From Puniceicoccales bacterium (GTDB lineage Bacteria > Verrucomicrobiota > Verrucomicrobiia > Opitutales > JAIRLM01), in assembly GCA_031282835.1 (NCBI GenBank), contig JAITCU010000022.1:1587-65586 (forward strand): a stretch of DNA of 64,000 nt, given 5' to 3'. Within the stretch, counting starts at the first letter, position 1. Every line of letters begins with the position of its first letter. Below are positions 16,919 through 24,950 of the stretch, in pieces. The translations under genes and the position numbers were made by a program. The notes beneath the pieces were generated by a model that worked only from the letters and a program-made list of their open reading frames with translations, searched no databases and was not told the DNA's origin.

Positions 16919-17892
16919 TGAATCTAATGAATTGTGAACAGAATTGCGAAGCCTGCGTCGGATGCGACATTTCGGGTGTATGTGGCGAATTGGCCCCCGA
17001 CGACGGCGAAGTTCTCACGCGGATAGCCGCCTTCGGGCGCGAGTTTTCCCGCAAATTGCTTATTTCCAGTTCATATCCCGAGCACGCGAATCATTGCCTG
17101 CTAGCTGTTCTTTTTGGAAAATTTCTGCGCATCACTCCCCATATCCCGCGCTGGATTGATCGGGACCGGCTCGTTGTCGGAGACAATAATATTCTCCCGT
17201 GGTTATATTTGGCCGGATTTCCCATACAATTGGATGATATAATTTTTCCTGGAAGAACGGGGGGTATTTCTGAAGATTTAGATTTTCAATCCTTTGGCAT
17301 CGGATGGGCGGCCGAACCCCAAATTGTGAAGGCGGTGGATATGGCGATTTCCCACAAAAAAATGACAACATCCCTCCAGCAAAGGGGCATTCCCTGCCTG
17401 AGTAAGGTTCTTGCCCTGACGGGGAATATCTCCCATCGCGACCCGACGGTGGCAGAATCGCTGCGACTTGCCGCCGATGCCAAACTCGATAATCTGATCA
17501 TCATTTCCGAAGAAAACATCATCGATAATTCCGTGTGCATCTCCATTTCCGAATTGCGCACAAGTGGATTTCATGTCGAAGAAATCGGAGAAAATGACGT
17601 GCAAACCATTTACGAAAATCTAATCCGTGCACGGCTAAATAGTCAGCGGCAACCGCAAATAATTATCACCCATGGCCACACCCTTGAGAGTAGTGAAACT
17701 TCACAAAGTGCTTTCACCGGCGAAACTATTACTCATGAAGATTTCTTGATACCCGACACAATCCATAATTACTTCGCGCTTTTAAATATGCGCAAAAATA
17801 ATGACTATGAAAATTGGCAGTACCGCTTTGAGTGCGCTGTGGATTTTCACCCGGAAATTTTACAATTCGTGGAGGGTCTCCATGCGCATTAG
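16918..17892 (+). CDS. Transketolase N-terminal (TPP-binding) domain-like protein, apparently degenerate, with a Cys-rich N-terminus
   Basis: PRWIDRDRLVVGDNNILPWLYLAGFPIQLDD resembles transketolase PxWxDRDRFVLSxGHGSMLxYxLLHLxGY. KLDNLIIISEENIIDNS resembles LGKLIxxYDDNxISIDG. The catalytic His/Asp motifs appear substituted. The N-terminus is CEQNCEACVGCDISGVC. Confidence 0.5.
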   Translation: MNLMNCEQNCEACVGCDISGVCGELAPDDGEVLTRIAAFGREFSRKLLISSSYPEHANHCLLAVLFGKFLRITPHIPRWIDRDRLVVGDNNILPWLYLAGFPIQLDDIIFPGRTGGISEDLDFQSFGIGWAAEPQIVKAVDMAISHKKMTTSLQQRGIPCLSKVLALTGNISHRDPTVAESLRLAADAKLDNLIIISEENIIDNSVCISISELRTSGFHVEEIGENDVQTIYENLIRARLNSQRQPQIIITHGHTLESSETSQSAFTGETITHEDFLIPDTIHNYFALLNMRKNNDYENWQYRFECAVDFHPEILQFVEGLHAH

Positions 17893-18457
17893 CGGCGGAA
17901 AGGCCCGGGGCATACAACTGTCATGCCCGCAAGTGAAAGCTCTTCGTCCGACCACCGATGCTCTCCGGGAAGCCGTTTTTTCGGCCATTAGCCATGACGT
18001 GGCTGGCTGTAATTTTCTCGATCTGTGCGCCGGGACTGGCAGTTATGGCCTAGAAGCCATGAGCCGTGGGGCGAATGGCGGGGTATTTGTTGAAGAAAAT
18101 GACCGGCTTTTCCCGCACCTCCTGGAAAATCTTCAAAGGGTTTCCAAAAGCGCAGGGTTCAACCCGCAATCTTGCCAACTGCTCCGTGGGGATATCTTCA
18201 AGTTGGACCCCGGCCGATTTTCGTTCGCCCAGCTCATTTTTCTGGATCCCCCCTATGAGCAATTTCGTGCCCGTGCGGATGCCTTCATAAGCCTTTTGTC
18301 CCGCTTTTTGAGTGTTGCCGAGCTGGGCGTGCTCGAGCTTCCAGCCGACACCTCCCCCACTCTACCTGGCGAATTCATCTGCACGCACACCCTTGGAAAG
18401 ACCAGCGGAAAAAATTCACCTAAGGCCCTTATTTTCCGCCGATATGGGGCCACCTAG
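17882..18457 (+). CDS. rsmD: 16S rRNA (guanine966-N2)-methyltransferase RsmD
   Basis: MRISGGKARGIQL..RPTTDALREAVFS..LDLCAGTGSYGLEAMSRGA..IFLDPPY. Start refined to ATG 17882. Confidence 0.85.
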   Translation: MRISGGKARGIQLSCPQVKALRPTTDALREAVFSAISHDVAGCNFLDLCAGTGSYGLEAMSRGANGGVFVEENDRLFPHLLENLQRVSKSAGFNPQSCQLLRGDIFKLDPGRFSFAQLIFLDPPYEQFRARADAFISLLSRFLSVAELGVLELPADTSPTLPGEFICTHTLGKTSGKNSPKALIFRRYGAT

Positions 18458-18645
18458 GCACACCATCCGGCAAAACACCCACGATTCATTGGCCTCCAAT
18501 TCAGCTGCAGCAAGTTCCCTCGACCCGTGCGCGGATAAACTCTTCGCGTTCTGGGCAAAATCGCAAAAGCTTCCTTCGATTCCAGGCTCAGAGTGATCGC
18601 GTCCATCCGTCTGCACCTCTAACGCAGTTGCGCGATCACTAATTA

Positions 18646-18707
18646 CTACCCCGATGGAAAAGGTCCCTCATAGTCAAGCCTATGAGGGACCTTTTCCATC
18701 GGGGTAG
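18646..18707. repeat. Perfect 62-bp palindrome made of two IS right-end terminal sequences (28-nt arms, 6-nt spacer)
   Basis: CTACCCCGATGGAAAAGGTCCCTCATAG-tcaagc-CTATGAGGGACCTTTTCCATCGGGGTAG. The outer 19 nt of each arm match the IS terminus at 8606-8624 at 18 of 19 positions. Confidence 0.9.
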
Positions 18708-18711
18708 ACTT

Positions 18712-18935
18712 TGCGTTTAGGCCGCGGTAATTACGGCCTTGCCCTGGCCACGAACTTTAATTTTTAAACTTTTTCAATGGATTGTGAGATTTTTCTGCAA
18801 AACCAGCTTGACTTGCTGGGCAAAAATCTTAAAAAGTTCCGTGAGATGTGTCTTACAAGTCCCGCATTCGGGAAAATTTTTGCTGTTTTTTGCCACCTGA
18901 TTGAGGGGTAAGGAGTGGCATTTGATCTTTGACAG
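18712..18935 (+). repeat. Promoter-less relic of the cassette 3' region (fifth copy)
   Basis: GTTTAGGCCGCGG, CTGCAAAACCAG, ATTCGGGAAAA..TTTTGCCACCT and TGGCATTTGATCTTTGACA parallel, in the same order, the region downstream of cassette copy 4 (62265-62068, minus strand). Confidence 0.5.
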
Positions 18936-18943
18936 AAATATTA

Positions 18944-19043
18944 ATGTGAATTGCATGCCATGGCGTGCAAAAGGCTTAGTAGTGACTAATTACGTGCAAT
19001 GGTATCGCACGAATTAGCCATAGAGGCTTTGCGTATAGCCATT
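18944..19043 (+). repeat. R100 repeat module, copy D (diverged)
   Basis: ATGTGAATTGCA...GGCTTAGTAGTGAC...AATGGTATCGCACGAATTAGCCATAGAGGCTTTGCGTATAGCCATT is colinear with copies A and B. Confidence 0.6.
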
Positions 19044-19228
19044 TCAAAGAAAGATTCCGAAAGGCTGCCTTAGGAATACGGCCGTATTTGAGATGGCGAT
19101 CACTAGCGCAAAGAAAGGCGAAAAAAGAGCTAGAGGATGTGGACAGTTCGTACTTATTGCTTGGATTACGCAGCAGATGTTGCCTCTGGCTTGGTGACAA
19201 GCCGTTCCGGTTGGAGTATTGCAGTCTG

Positions 19229-20014
19229 TTAGAGCATTTTTCGAAGTTTTTCCAGAGCGGTCTGGGTGATTTGCCGTACTCGTTCGCGATTGAGGTCGAA
19301 GCGGGTGCCGATTTCTTCAAAGGTATGGGCAGTTCCATCTCCCAAGCCGAAGCGCATGCGCAAAATTTCCGATTCCCGCTTGGATAGCATTTTAAGCCAG
19401 TTTTCCACGTCGTCTGACAGAGTTGCCCGCAATAAATATTCCAATGGAGTTGGCTGCTGCGGATCTTTTAGAGAATCCGCTAGGGTTCCTCCGGAATCAC
19501 CGTCATGGTCAGGCTCATTGGGTTGTTGGAGGGGAAGGACCGCCCCGATTACGTTTTTCAGCGTTTGAACGTGGGTTGCTGAGCAACCCATTTCGGCGGC
19601 GATTTCCGAATTGGACGGCTCGCGATTGAACCGGTCCTGCAGCATCGTTGATGTTAATTTTAGTCGCCGAATTGATTCAAGTATGGGTACGGGAAGGTGA
19701 AATGGATGAGTTTGGCGGGCGATGGCCTGACGGATATAATGGCGAATCCACCAGGTGGCATATGTGCTCAGCCTCGCTTCGCCAGTTGATACGAAGCAAT
19801 CCACGGCGTGTATGAGTCCCCGGTGTCCTTCCTGGATTAAATCTTCCATGGGAACGCCAAAGTACCGGTAGTGACGCGCCCACTTGCGTACAAGGCCGAT
19901 GTTGGAAAGAATAACGCGTTTCCGCGCACCCATGTCTCCCGTTTTGATCCGCTCCAAGAGCTCTTTTTCCTCTTCCGCCGAAGGGAAACTCGGCTCGTTT
20001 CCGCTCTCACCCAT
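19229..20014 (-). CDS. RNA polymerase sigma factor, sigma-70 family (short form with regions 2-4 only)
   Basis: Region 2 is DLIQEGHRGLIHAVDCF..YATWWIRHYIRQAI. Region 4 is ILRMRFGLGDGTAHTFEEIGTRFDLNRERVRQI. Start set at ATG 20014. The rest of track ORF 19229..20974 is antisense to sucC. Confidence 0.85.
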   Translation of the reverse strand: MGESGNEPSFPSAEEEKELLERIKTGDMGARKRVILSNIGLVRKWARHYRYFGVPMEDLIQEGHRGLIHAVDCFVSTGEARLSTYATWWIRHYIRQAIARQTHPFHLPVPILESIRRLKLTSTMLQDRFNREPSNSEIAAEMGCSATHVQTLKNVIGAVLPLQQPNEPDHDGDSGGTLADSLKDPQQPTPLEYLLRATLSDDVENWLKMLSKRESEILRMRFGLGDGTAHTFEEIGTRFDLNRERVRQITQTALEKLRKML

Positions 20015-20122
20015 AGCCACAGCCTCGAAAAGCGGATTAGCGACGTTTTCGCCAAAGCACAAGCATCGATAAAATTCTTGCCCATATTCGCTGGCTTTTA
20101 AGAATGCGCGGCCTGTTAACCC

Positions 20123-21307
20123 GTGAAAATTCACGAATTTCAAACCAAGGAGCTGTTGGCACGCCATGGGATTTCCGTGGATGCTGGCGTTGTCATTGGC
20201 TGCGGAGATGCCGCGGAAGCGCTTGTTTCGTCTTTGGGTTCCGTGGAAAATTATGTCATTAAAGCACAAATTCATAGCGGTGGCCGAGGGAAAGGCTACT
20301 TTGCCGACGGTTCGGGAAGTGGCGTGCAGTTGGCGCATTCGCGGGCGGAAGCGGTTGCGTTGGCCCGAAAGATGTTGGGTAACCGTCTGATAACCAAACA
20401 AACGGGACCCGCCGGTTGTTGTGTGCGCCTGGTTTCCGTGGGGCCCGGGACGGATTTTCATCGGGAAATTTATTTGGCCATTTTCATGGATCGTTCTGCG
20501 GGAATGCCAGTTATCATGGCCTCTTCCGCCGGTGGCGTTGAAATCGAGGAACGGCCGGGAAACGTCCTGCGTGAGTATGTTTGTCCGCTGGCGGGGCTGC
20601 AACCCTTCCAGTCTCGCAAACTTGTCTTTTCGCTGGGTTTTGAATCTGCGGCCACACGCGAGTCTTTCATGGCCATTCTCCACAATTTGTATCGCCTGTT
20701 CGACGAAAAAGACGCCTCGCTCATTGAGATTAACCCGCTGGTGGAAACGGCGGATGGACGCCTCCTGGCCATCGATGGGAAGGCCGCTTTTGACGACAAT
20801 GCGCTGTTCCGACATCCGGATATCCGCATATTGTGCGATCTGCAGGGAGAAGATCCCTTGGAAATTCAAGCATCGGTTCATGGCGTTAATTATGTGGCAT
20901 TGGATGGAAATATTGGTTGTCTGACTAATGGCGCGGGACTTGCCATGGCCACCATGGACCTGCTCCACGCCCATGGGTTGGAAGCGGCAAATTTTCTCGA
21001 CCTTGGGGATAATTCCGGGCCTGGGGCCGTGTCCGCGGCGGTGGAAATTTTACTCGGGGCCGATGACCTGCGCTGCCTACTTATCAATACCTTTGGTGGG
21101 GCTATGTGTGGGGATGTGGTGGCCCGGTGTGTTACAGATGTTTTTGCCGAGAAACACGTGAAGCTCCCCCTAGTGGTGCGGATGGAGGGTGCAAGGGCCG
21201 CGGAAGGGCTGGCACTGTTGCGCGCGGAAGATGACCTTGAACTTTTCGTGGCGGAAAATTTGCGGGATATTCCGCAGAAAATTAGGGAGGCACTGGGGGC
21301 ACAATGA
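20123..21307 (+). CDS. sucC: Succinyl-CoA synthetase beta subunit
   Basis: MKIHEFQTKELLARHGI...KAQIHSGGRGKG. GTG start. Confidence 0.92.
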   Translation: MKIHEFQTKELLARHGISVDAGVVIGCGDAAEALVSSLGSVENYVIKAQIHSGGRGKGYFADGSGSGVQLAHSRAEAVALARKMLGNRLITKQTGPAGCCVRLVSVGPGTDFHREIYLAIFMDRSAGMPVIMASSAGGVEIEERPGNVLREYVCPLAGLQPFQSRKLVFSLGFESAATRESFMAILHNLYRLFDEKDASLIEINPLVETADGRLLAIDGKAAFDDNALFRHPDIRILCDLQGEDPLEIQASVHGVNYVALDGNIGCLTNGAGLAMATMDLLHAHGLEAANFLDLGDNSGPGAVSAAVEILLGADDLRCLLINTFGGAMCGDVVARCVTDVFAEKHVKLPLVVRMEGARAAEGLALLRAEDDLELFVAENLRDIPQKIREALGAQ

Positions 21308-22197
21308 GCATTCTCATCGATGGACGCGCGCGTGTGCTTGTCCAAGGTATAACCGGTCGTGCGGCGGCGTTCCACCTGCCCCACTGTGAAGCCTATGGGA
21401 CAAAAATTGTTGCCGGCATACGCCCGGGCAAGGGGGGGCAGCTTTACGACGGCCGCATCCCCATTTACGACACCGTGGTTGAGGCAATTCGGAATCATTC
21501 CATCACTGCTTCGCTGATTTTGGTCCCCGCTCCCGCCGCCGCCGATTGCATATGGGAGGCCATTGACGGAGAAGTCCCGCTCATCGTGTGCGTTACTGAG
21601 GGAATTCCCGTGCGGGACATGGCGCGGATTAGGGCGCGGCTGCGCGACTCCAGCTCCGTTCTTGTTGGTGCCAACTGTCCAGGCATCATCACCCCGGGAG
21701 AAGTAAAATTGGGGATCATGCCCAGCTACATTCACCGCCCCGGGTCCGTCGGCGTTGTTTCCCGTTCCGGAACACTTACCTTTGAAACCGTTTGGCAACT
21801 CACCCAGCGCGGTATCGGCCAGTCTACCTGTGTCGGCATTGGGGGAGATCCCATCCATGGGCTTTCCCTGGTGGACGTGGTTCGCATGTTTAATGACGAC
21901 ACCAAAACTACCGAAATTGTGCTTGTTGGCGAAATCGGTGGTGAAGAGGAGGAAGAGGCGGCGGAATTCATCAAAAGACACGTTAAAAAGCCCGTTGCTG
22001 CATATGTCGCTGGTGTGACCGCGCCGGCCGATCGGCGCATGGGGCATGCGGGGGCGATTATTTCGGGGGCGCGGAGCGGAGCCGGTTACAAAATCAAAGC
22101 CCTGGAGGCGGCGGGAGTTGCCGTGGCCCGGGACATTTCGCAGCTTGGTGACGTTTTTTGTGAAGTTTCGCATATGATTAGATCCAGCAAGCATTAG
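21304..22197 (+). CDS. sucD: Succinyl-CoA synthetase alpha subunit
   Basis: RVLVQGITGRAAAFH..GIRPGKGG..SRSGTLTFE..GIGGDP. It overlaps sucC by 4 nt. Confidence 0.92.
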   Translation: MSILIDGRARVLVQGITGRAAAFHLPHCEAYGTKIVAGIRPGKGGQLYDGRIPIYDTVVEAIRNHSITASLILVPAPAAADCIWEAIDGEVPLIVCVTEGIPVRDMARIRARLRDSSSVLVGANCPGIITPGEVKLGIMPSYIHRPGSVGVVSRSGTLTFETVWQLTQRGIGQSTCVGIGGDPIHGLSLVDVVRMFNDDTKTTEIVLVGEIGGEEEEEAAEFIKRHVKKPVAAYVAGVTAPADRRMGHAGAIISGARSGAGYKIKALEAAGVAVARDISQLGDVFCEVSHMIRSSKH

Positions 22198-22561
22198 TAT
22201 CAAAGTGGTGATGTCCAAAATTACCCATAAAAAGGTCTTTCGAGAACGATATTTTAGTTGGAAGATTCAGCGTCGTTGTTGCTTCTGGCCCATTTATAAA
22301 GGCAATAATTTGCTGTTGGTTTTTCGTTTGGCTCCCACGGTTTTTCCGATCGGATGTGCTAGTTTGTTTTTTTATTTGAGGAGATATTTCCCAGATGGTT
22401 TTCGCAGTTGGCAGCGGGCTAGCTCGTCCTAAAGACGCAAAAAATTTCCATAAAAATGGAAGCTTCAGTTTTAAGCCAGGTGTCAGTCCTGGGACTTGGA
22501 ACGTTTGCAATTCCAAATCACCATCAAAAATATCTGTCATGGGTGTGGTGGCATTTTTCAT
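22178..22561 (-). CDS. Small ORF of cassette copy 2 (only the first ~55 codons are conserved; the stop is displaced, giving 127 aa)
   Basis: MKNATTPMTDIFDGDLELQTFQVPGLTPGLKLKLPFLWKFFASLGRASPLP... AAAGGAGAA lies 8 nt upstream of the ATG. The tail runs 20 nt into the sucD 3' end on the opposite strand. Confidence 0.35.
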   Translation of the reverse strand: MKNATTPMTDIFDGDLELQTFQVPGLTPGLKLKLPFLWKFFASLGRASPLPTAKTIWEISPQIKKQTSTSDRKNRGSQTKNQQQIIAFINGPEATTTLNLPTKISFSKDLFMGNFGHHHFDTNACWI

Positions 22562-22625
22562 ATTGAATTTTCTCCTTTGAACTCGAGTTCACGGACCATA
22601 TTGCTAGAAAATAGGTGTTTGTCAA
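22255..22625 (-). repeat. Dispersed promoter/small-ORF cassette, copy 2 (subtype C1/C2)
   Basis: Colinear with 12544-12910, including the 3' module (..CTAGC.CATCCGATCGGA.., ATTATTGCC..GGGCCA). Confidence 0.85.
22595..22625 (-). promoter_or_regulatory. Predicted promoter of cassette copy 2 (TTGACA-N19-TATGGT)
   Basis: TTGACA at 22625-22620 and TATGGT at 22600-22595 on the minus strand, with an A7 tract upstream. Confidence 0.5.
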
Positions 22626-23037
22626 TTTTTTTGCAGTTTCTGGTAAATTTTCGGTAAATTTCGGAGGGGGAAGTCGCGGCGAAGACTCGCAAGTCGTTCG
22701 AGGAAGCGATAGATGTCTCGCAGAAGTAGATGCTGCCAAATTGGGGGAAAAATTGAGCAGGCTCCGCCGCGAAGCGTTTTTCTGCGGGAAGGCCGTATGA
22801 AATCCGTTTTTTATGTTTACAAATCCAGCAATAGCGACCACCTCATTTGCCCAAACGATTTCCAATTTGGCCAAAAGCATTCGAAATTTGGCAACTTCTA
22901 GCCCACATTAATCCCGAAAAATTTCTTGCCCGTTCTAATTTGATCATGTTGGGTATGGGCGATTTGTTGTCGCCCACTGATTTTTCGCAACGCTTTTATA
23001 CTGGATTGTCAGCGGGCGGATTTCTGCAAGACCTCTA

Positions 23038-23949
23038 TTAAGCTGGAACCAGCCGTGGACGTGTGAGTGCGATGAAAGCGGTTTCACCGAGGACTTCGCA
23101 AAGATATTCAACGAGAGGCTCAACGTCGTAATCCTCTCTAAGTAGGACAAAGCAAGCGCTGCCGGTTCCGGTGAGGTGGGCGAATAGTTTGAAATATTCG
23201 GGCATGTCCTTGAAAATAAGGCCAATTTCCGTGTATTTGCCGGCTACAATGGATTCAAACGTGTTCAGGTAACTTTGCGAGTCATAAGTTCCTGATTCAT
23301 AGGCACTTAGTAAATTTTGAATGAAATTAGTCGCCACGGTTTGATTCGCATAATTCCAACTTCCAGGGATATCCAAAATATCATAAGCTTGTTGACTATC
23401 CATCGAGAATATGGGTTTGAATACGAGGATTTTTACTTTGCGCAAGCCATCCAGACGCTCTGGATTGACGGACGCGACGCAATCTCCGCGGCCTTTGACA
23501 ATGCATGGGGAAGAAGACAAAAAGAGTGGCACGTCGGAACCGACCTTTGCCGCCATCAGCTGCAGATCCGCATCTGAGATGGGAAATGCGAGCATTTCGT
23601 TGAGCGTTTTAAGAAAAAACGCCGCGTCACTGCCACTCCCGCCCAATCCGGAGCCGATTGGAATATTTTTTTCCAACGACACAGAAACCCGATAGGGGAA
23701 ATCGTACATTTTTCGAAAAAGGCCCAGGGCCTTCATCACGGAATTTGTATGATCCGTTGGAATCTCGGGGACGTCGCAAACCATGGTATCGTCACCTGGT
23801 ATTTCTGAAAGACGAATTTGCAGGTGATCGAAAAGATTCAGCTGAACGGCAAGGGACGCGATATCGTGGTAATTGTCATCGCGTCTCCCCGTTACACCGA
23901 GGTATAAATTCAATTTAGCCGGACAAGGAACCTTGCGAAAAAACCCCAC
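23038..23949 (-). CDS. ispE: 4-diphosphocytidyl-2-C-methyl-D-erythritol kinase
   Basis: PAKLNLYLGVTGRRDDNYHDI and the GHMP motif PIGSGLGGSGSDAA. Confidence 0.88.
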   Translation of the reverse strand: MGFFRKVPCPAKLNLYLGVTGRRDDNYHDIASLAVQLNLFDHLQIRLSEIPGDDTMVCDVPEIPTDHTNSVMKALGLFRKMYDFPYRVSVSLEKNIPIGSGLGGSGSDAAFFLKTLNEMLAFPISDADLQLMAAKVGSDVPLFLSSSPCIVKGRGDCVASVNPERLDGLRKVKILVFKPIFSMDSQQAYDILDIPGSWNYANQTVATNFIQNLLSAYESGTYDSQSYLNTFESIVAGKYTEIGLIFKDMPEYFKLFAHLTGTGSACFVLLREDYDVEPLVEYLCEVLGETAFIALTRPRLVPA

Positions 23950-24026
23950 GGCACCAGGCTAACACCCAACGCCCCTTACGCAAGCCAACTTGTTCATCAC
24001 GCGGCTTTTTCGAGATACTCGAAAAA

Positions 24027-24305
24027 TTAAACGGACCGGCTCAACTCGGTTCCTGGCTTGAATTTGACAACAGATTTCTTGGGAATTGAAATCTTCTTCT
24101 TAGTTTGCGGATTGATCCCAGTTCTCGCTGCACGTTCAACAACATTAAACGTTCCAAACCCAACGAGTTGGACGGTCTCATGTTTGGCCACGGAACCCTT
24201 GATGGCCGCCAATATGGCATTCAAAACCCGTTCCACCGCTGCCTTTGACAAGGAACCATCGTCAAGGATGCTGTGAGCCTCGTCAACTAACTCAGACTTG
24301 TTCAT
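24027..24305 (-). CDS. hup: HU/IHF-family DNA-binding protein
   Basis: MNKSELVDE...VQLVGFGTFNVVERAARTGINPQTKKKISIP. GGAGAG lies upstream of ATG 24305. Confidence 0.88.
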   Translation of the reverse strand: MNKSELVDEAHSILDDGSLSKAAVERVLNAILAAIKGSVAKHETVQLVGFGTFNVVERAARTGINPQTKKKISIPKKSVVKFKPGTELSRSV

Positions 24306-24410
24306 ATACTCTCCTTTTGGCAAGACAATAGCCCCACAGGCCGCCTGCTTTCAGGCATCCTGCATTGGCACAATAGGCCGTCAACGGCAAAAGGGAAAAA
24401 ATGCCACAAA

Positions 24411-24905
24411 TTAAGCATTTACGACATTTTCACTCGCGGATGTCAACCTTGGTTTTACTGCCAACCTCTCAGTTGACTTTATCGTAGGTCGGTGTCGACG
24501 GCCACCTTTCCGGAATCCCTTGTCATCGGCCTTGACAATCTCAATGAGTGCCATTTTTGCTGCATCTCCCTGGCGCGGAACAAGTTTGTAAATTCGCGTA
24601 TACCCTCCGGCGCGGGCCAAGAATTCCTCCGCCTGCTCATCGAAGAGCTTCTTCACTGCCGCATGATCACGCATGCGGGCTACAGCCAAGCGCCGATAGT
24701 GCAGCTTCCGAGCCGCGTCTTCGGAACGCATTGCTTTGCATGACAAGGTTACCAATTTTTCTGCAAAGGGGCGCAATGCCTTAGCCTTCGTCAAAGTGGT
24801 TTGAATCCGCTCGTGACGGAACAGAGCTGCGGCCAGACCTGCCAACATGGATTCCCGATGCTCTTTTTTTACTCCCAATTGAAACTTATGCTTTTTGTGA
24901 CGCAT
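24411..24905 (-). CDS. rplQ: 50S ribosomal protein L17
   Basis: MRHKKHKFQLGVKKEHRESMLAGLAAALFRHERIQTT. It follows rpoA. Confidence 0.92.
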   Translation of the reverse strand: MRHKKHKFQLGVKKEHRESMLAGLAAALFRHERIQTTLTKAKALRPFAEKLVTLSCKAMRSEDAARKLHYRRLAVARMRDHAAVKKLFDEQAEEFLARAGGYTRIYKLVPRQGDAAKMALIEIVKADDKGFRKGGRRHRPTIKSTERLAVKPRLTSASENVVNA

Positions 24906-24950
24906 GGCTGTGATTTCCCCTTTTTCTAATCTTTGTAGACTGACCGCCGC

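Noticed and set aside
20015-20974. N-terminal 320 codons of track ORF 19229..20974 (581 aa)
   Set aside because: Only the last 261 codons resemble a sigma factor. The upstream part is antisense to sucC and has no sigma region 1 features, so I set the start at ATG 20014.
20890-22218. 442-aa minus-strand ORF
   Set aside because: It is antisense to sucC and sucD, and its low-complexity Arg/Ser/Pro-rich translation marks it as a shadow ORF.
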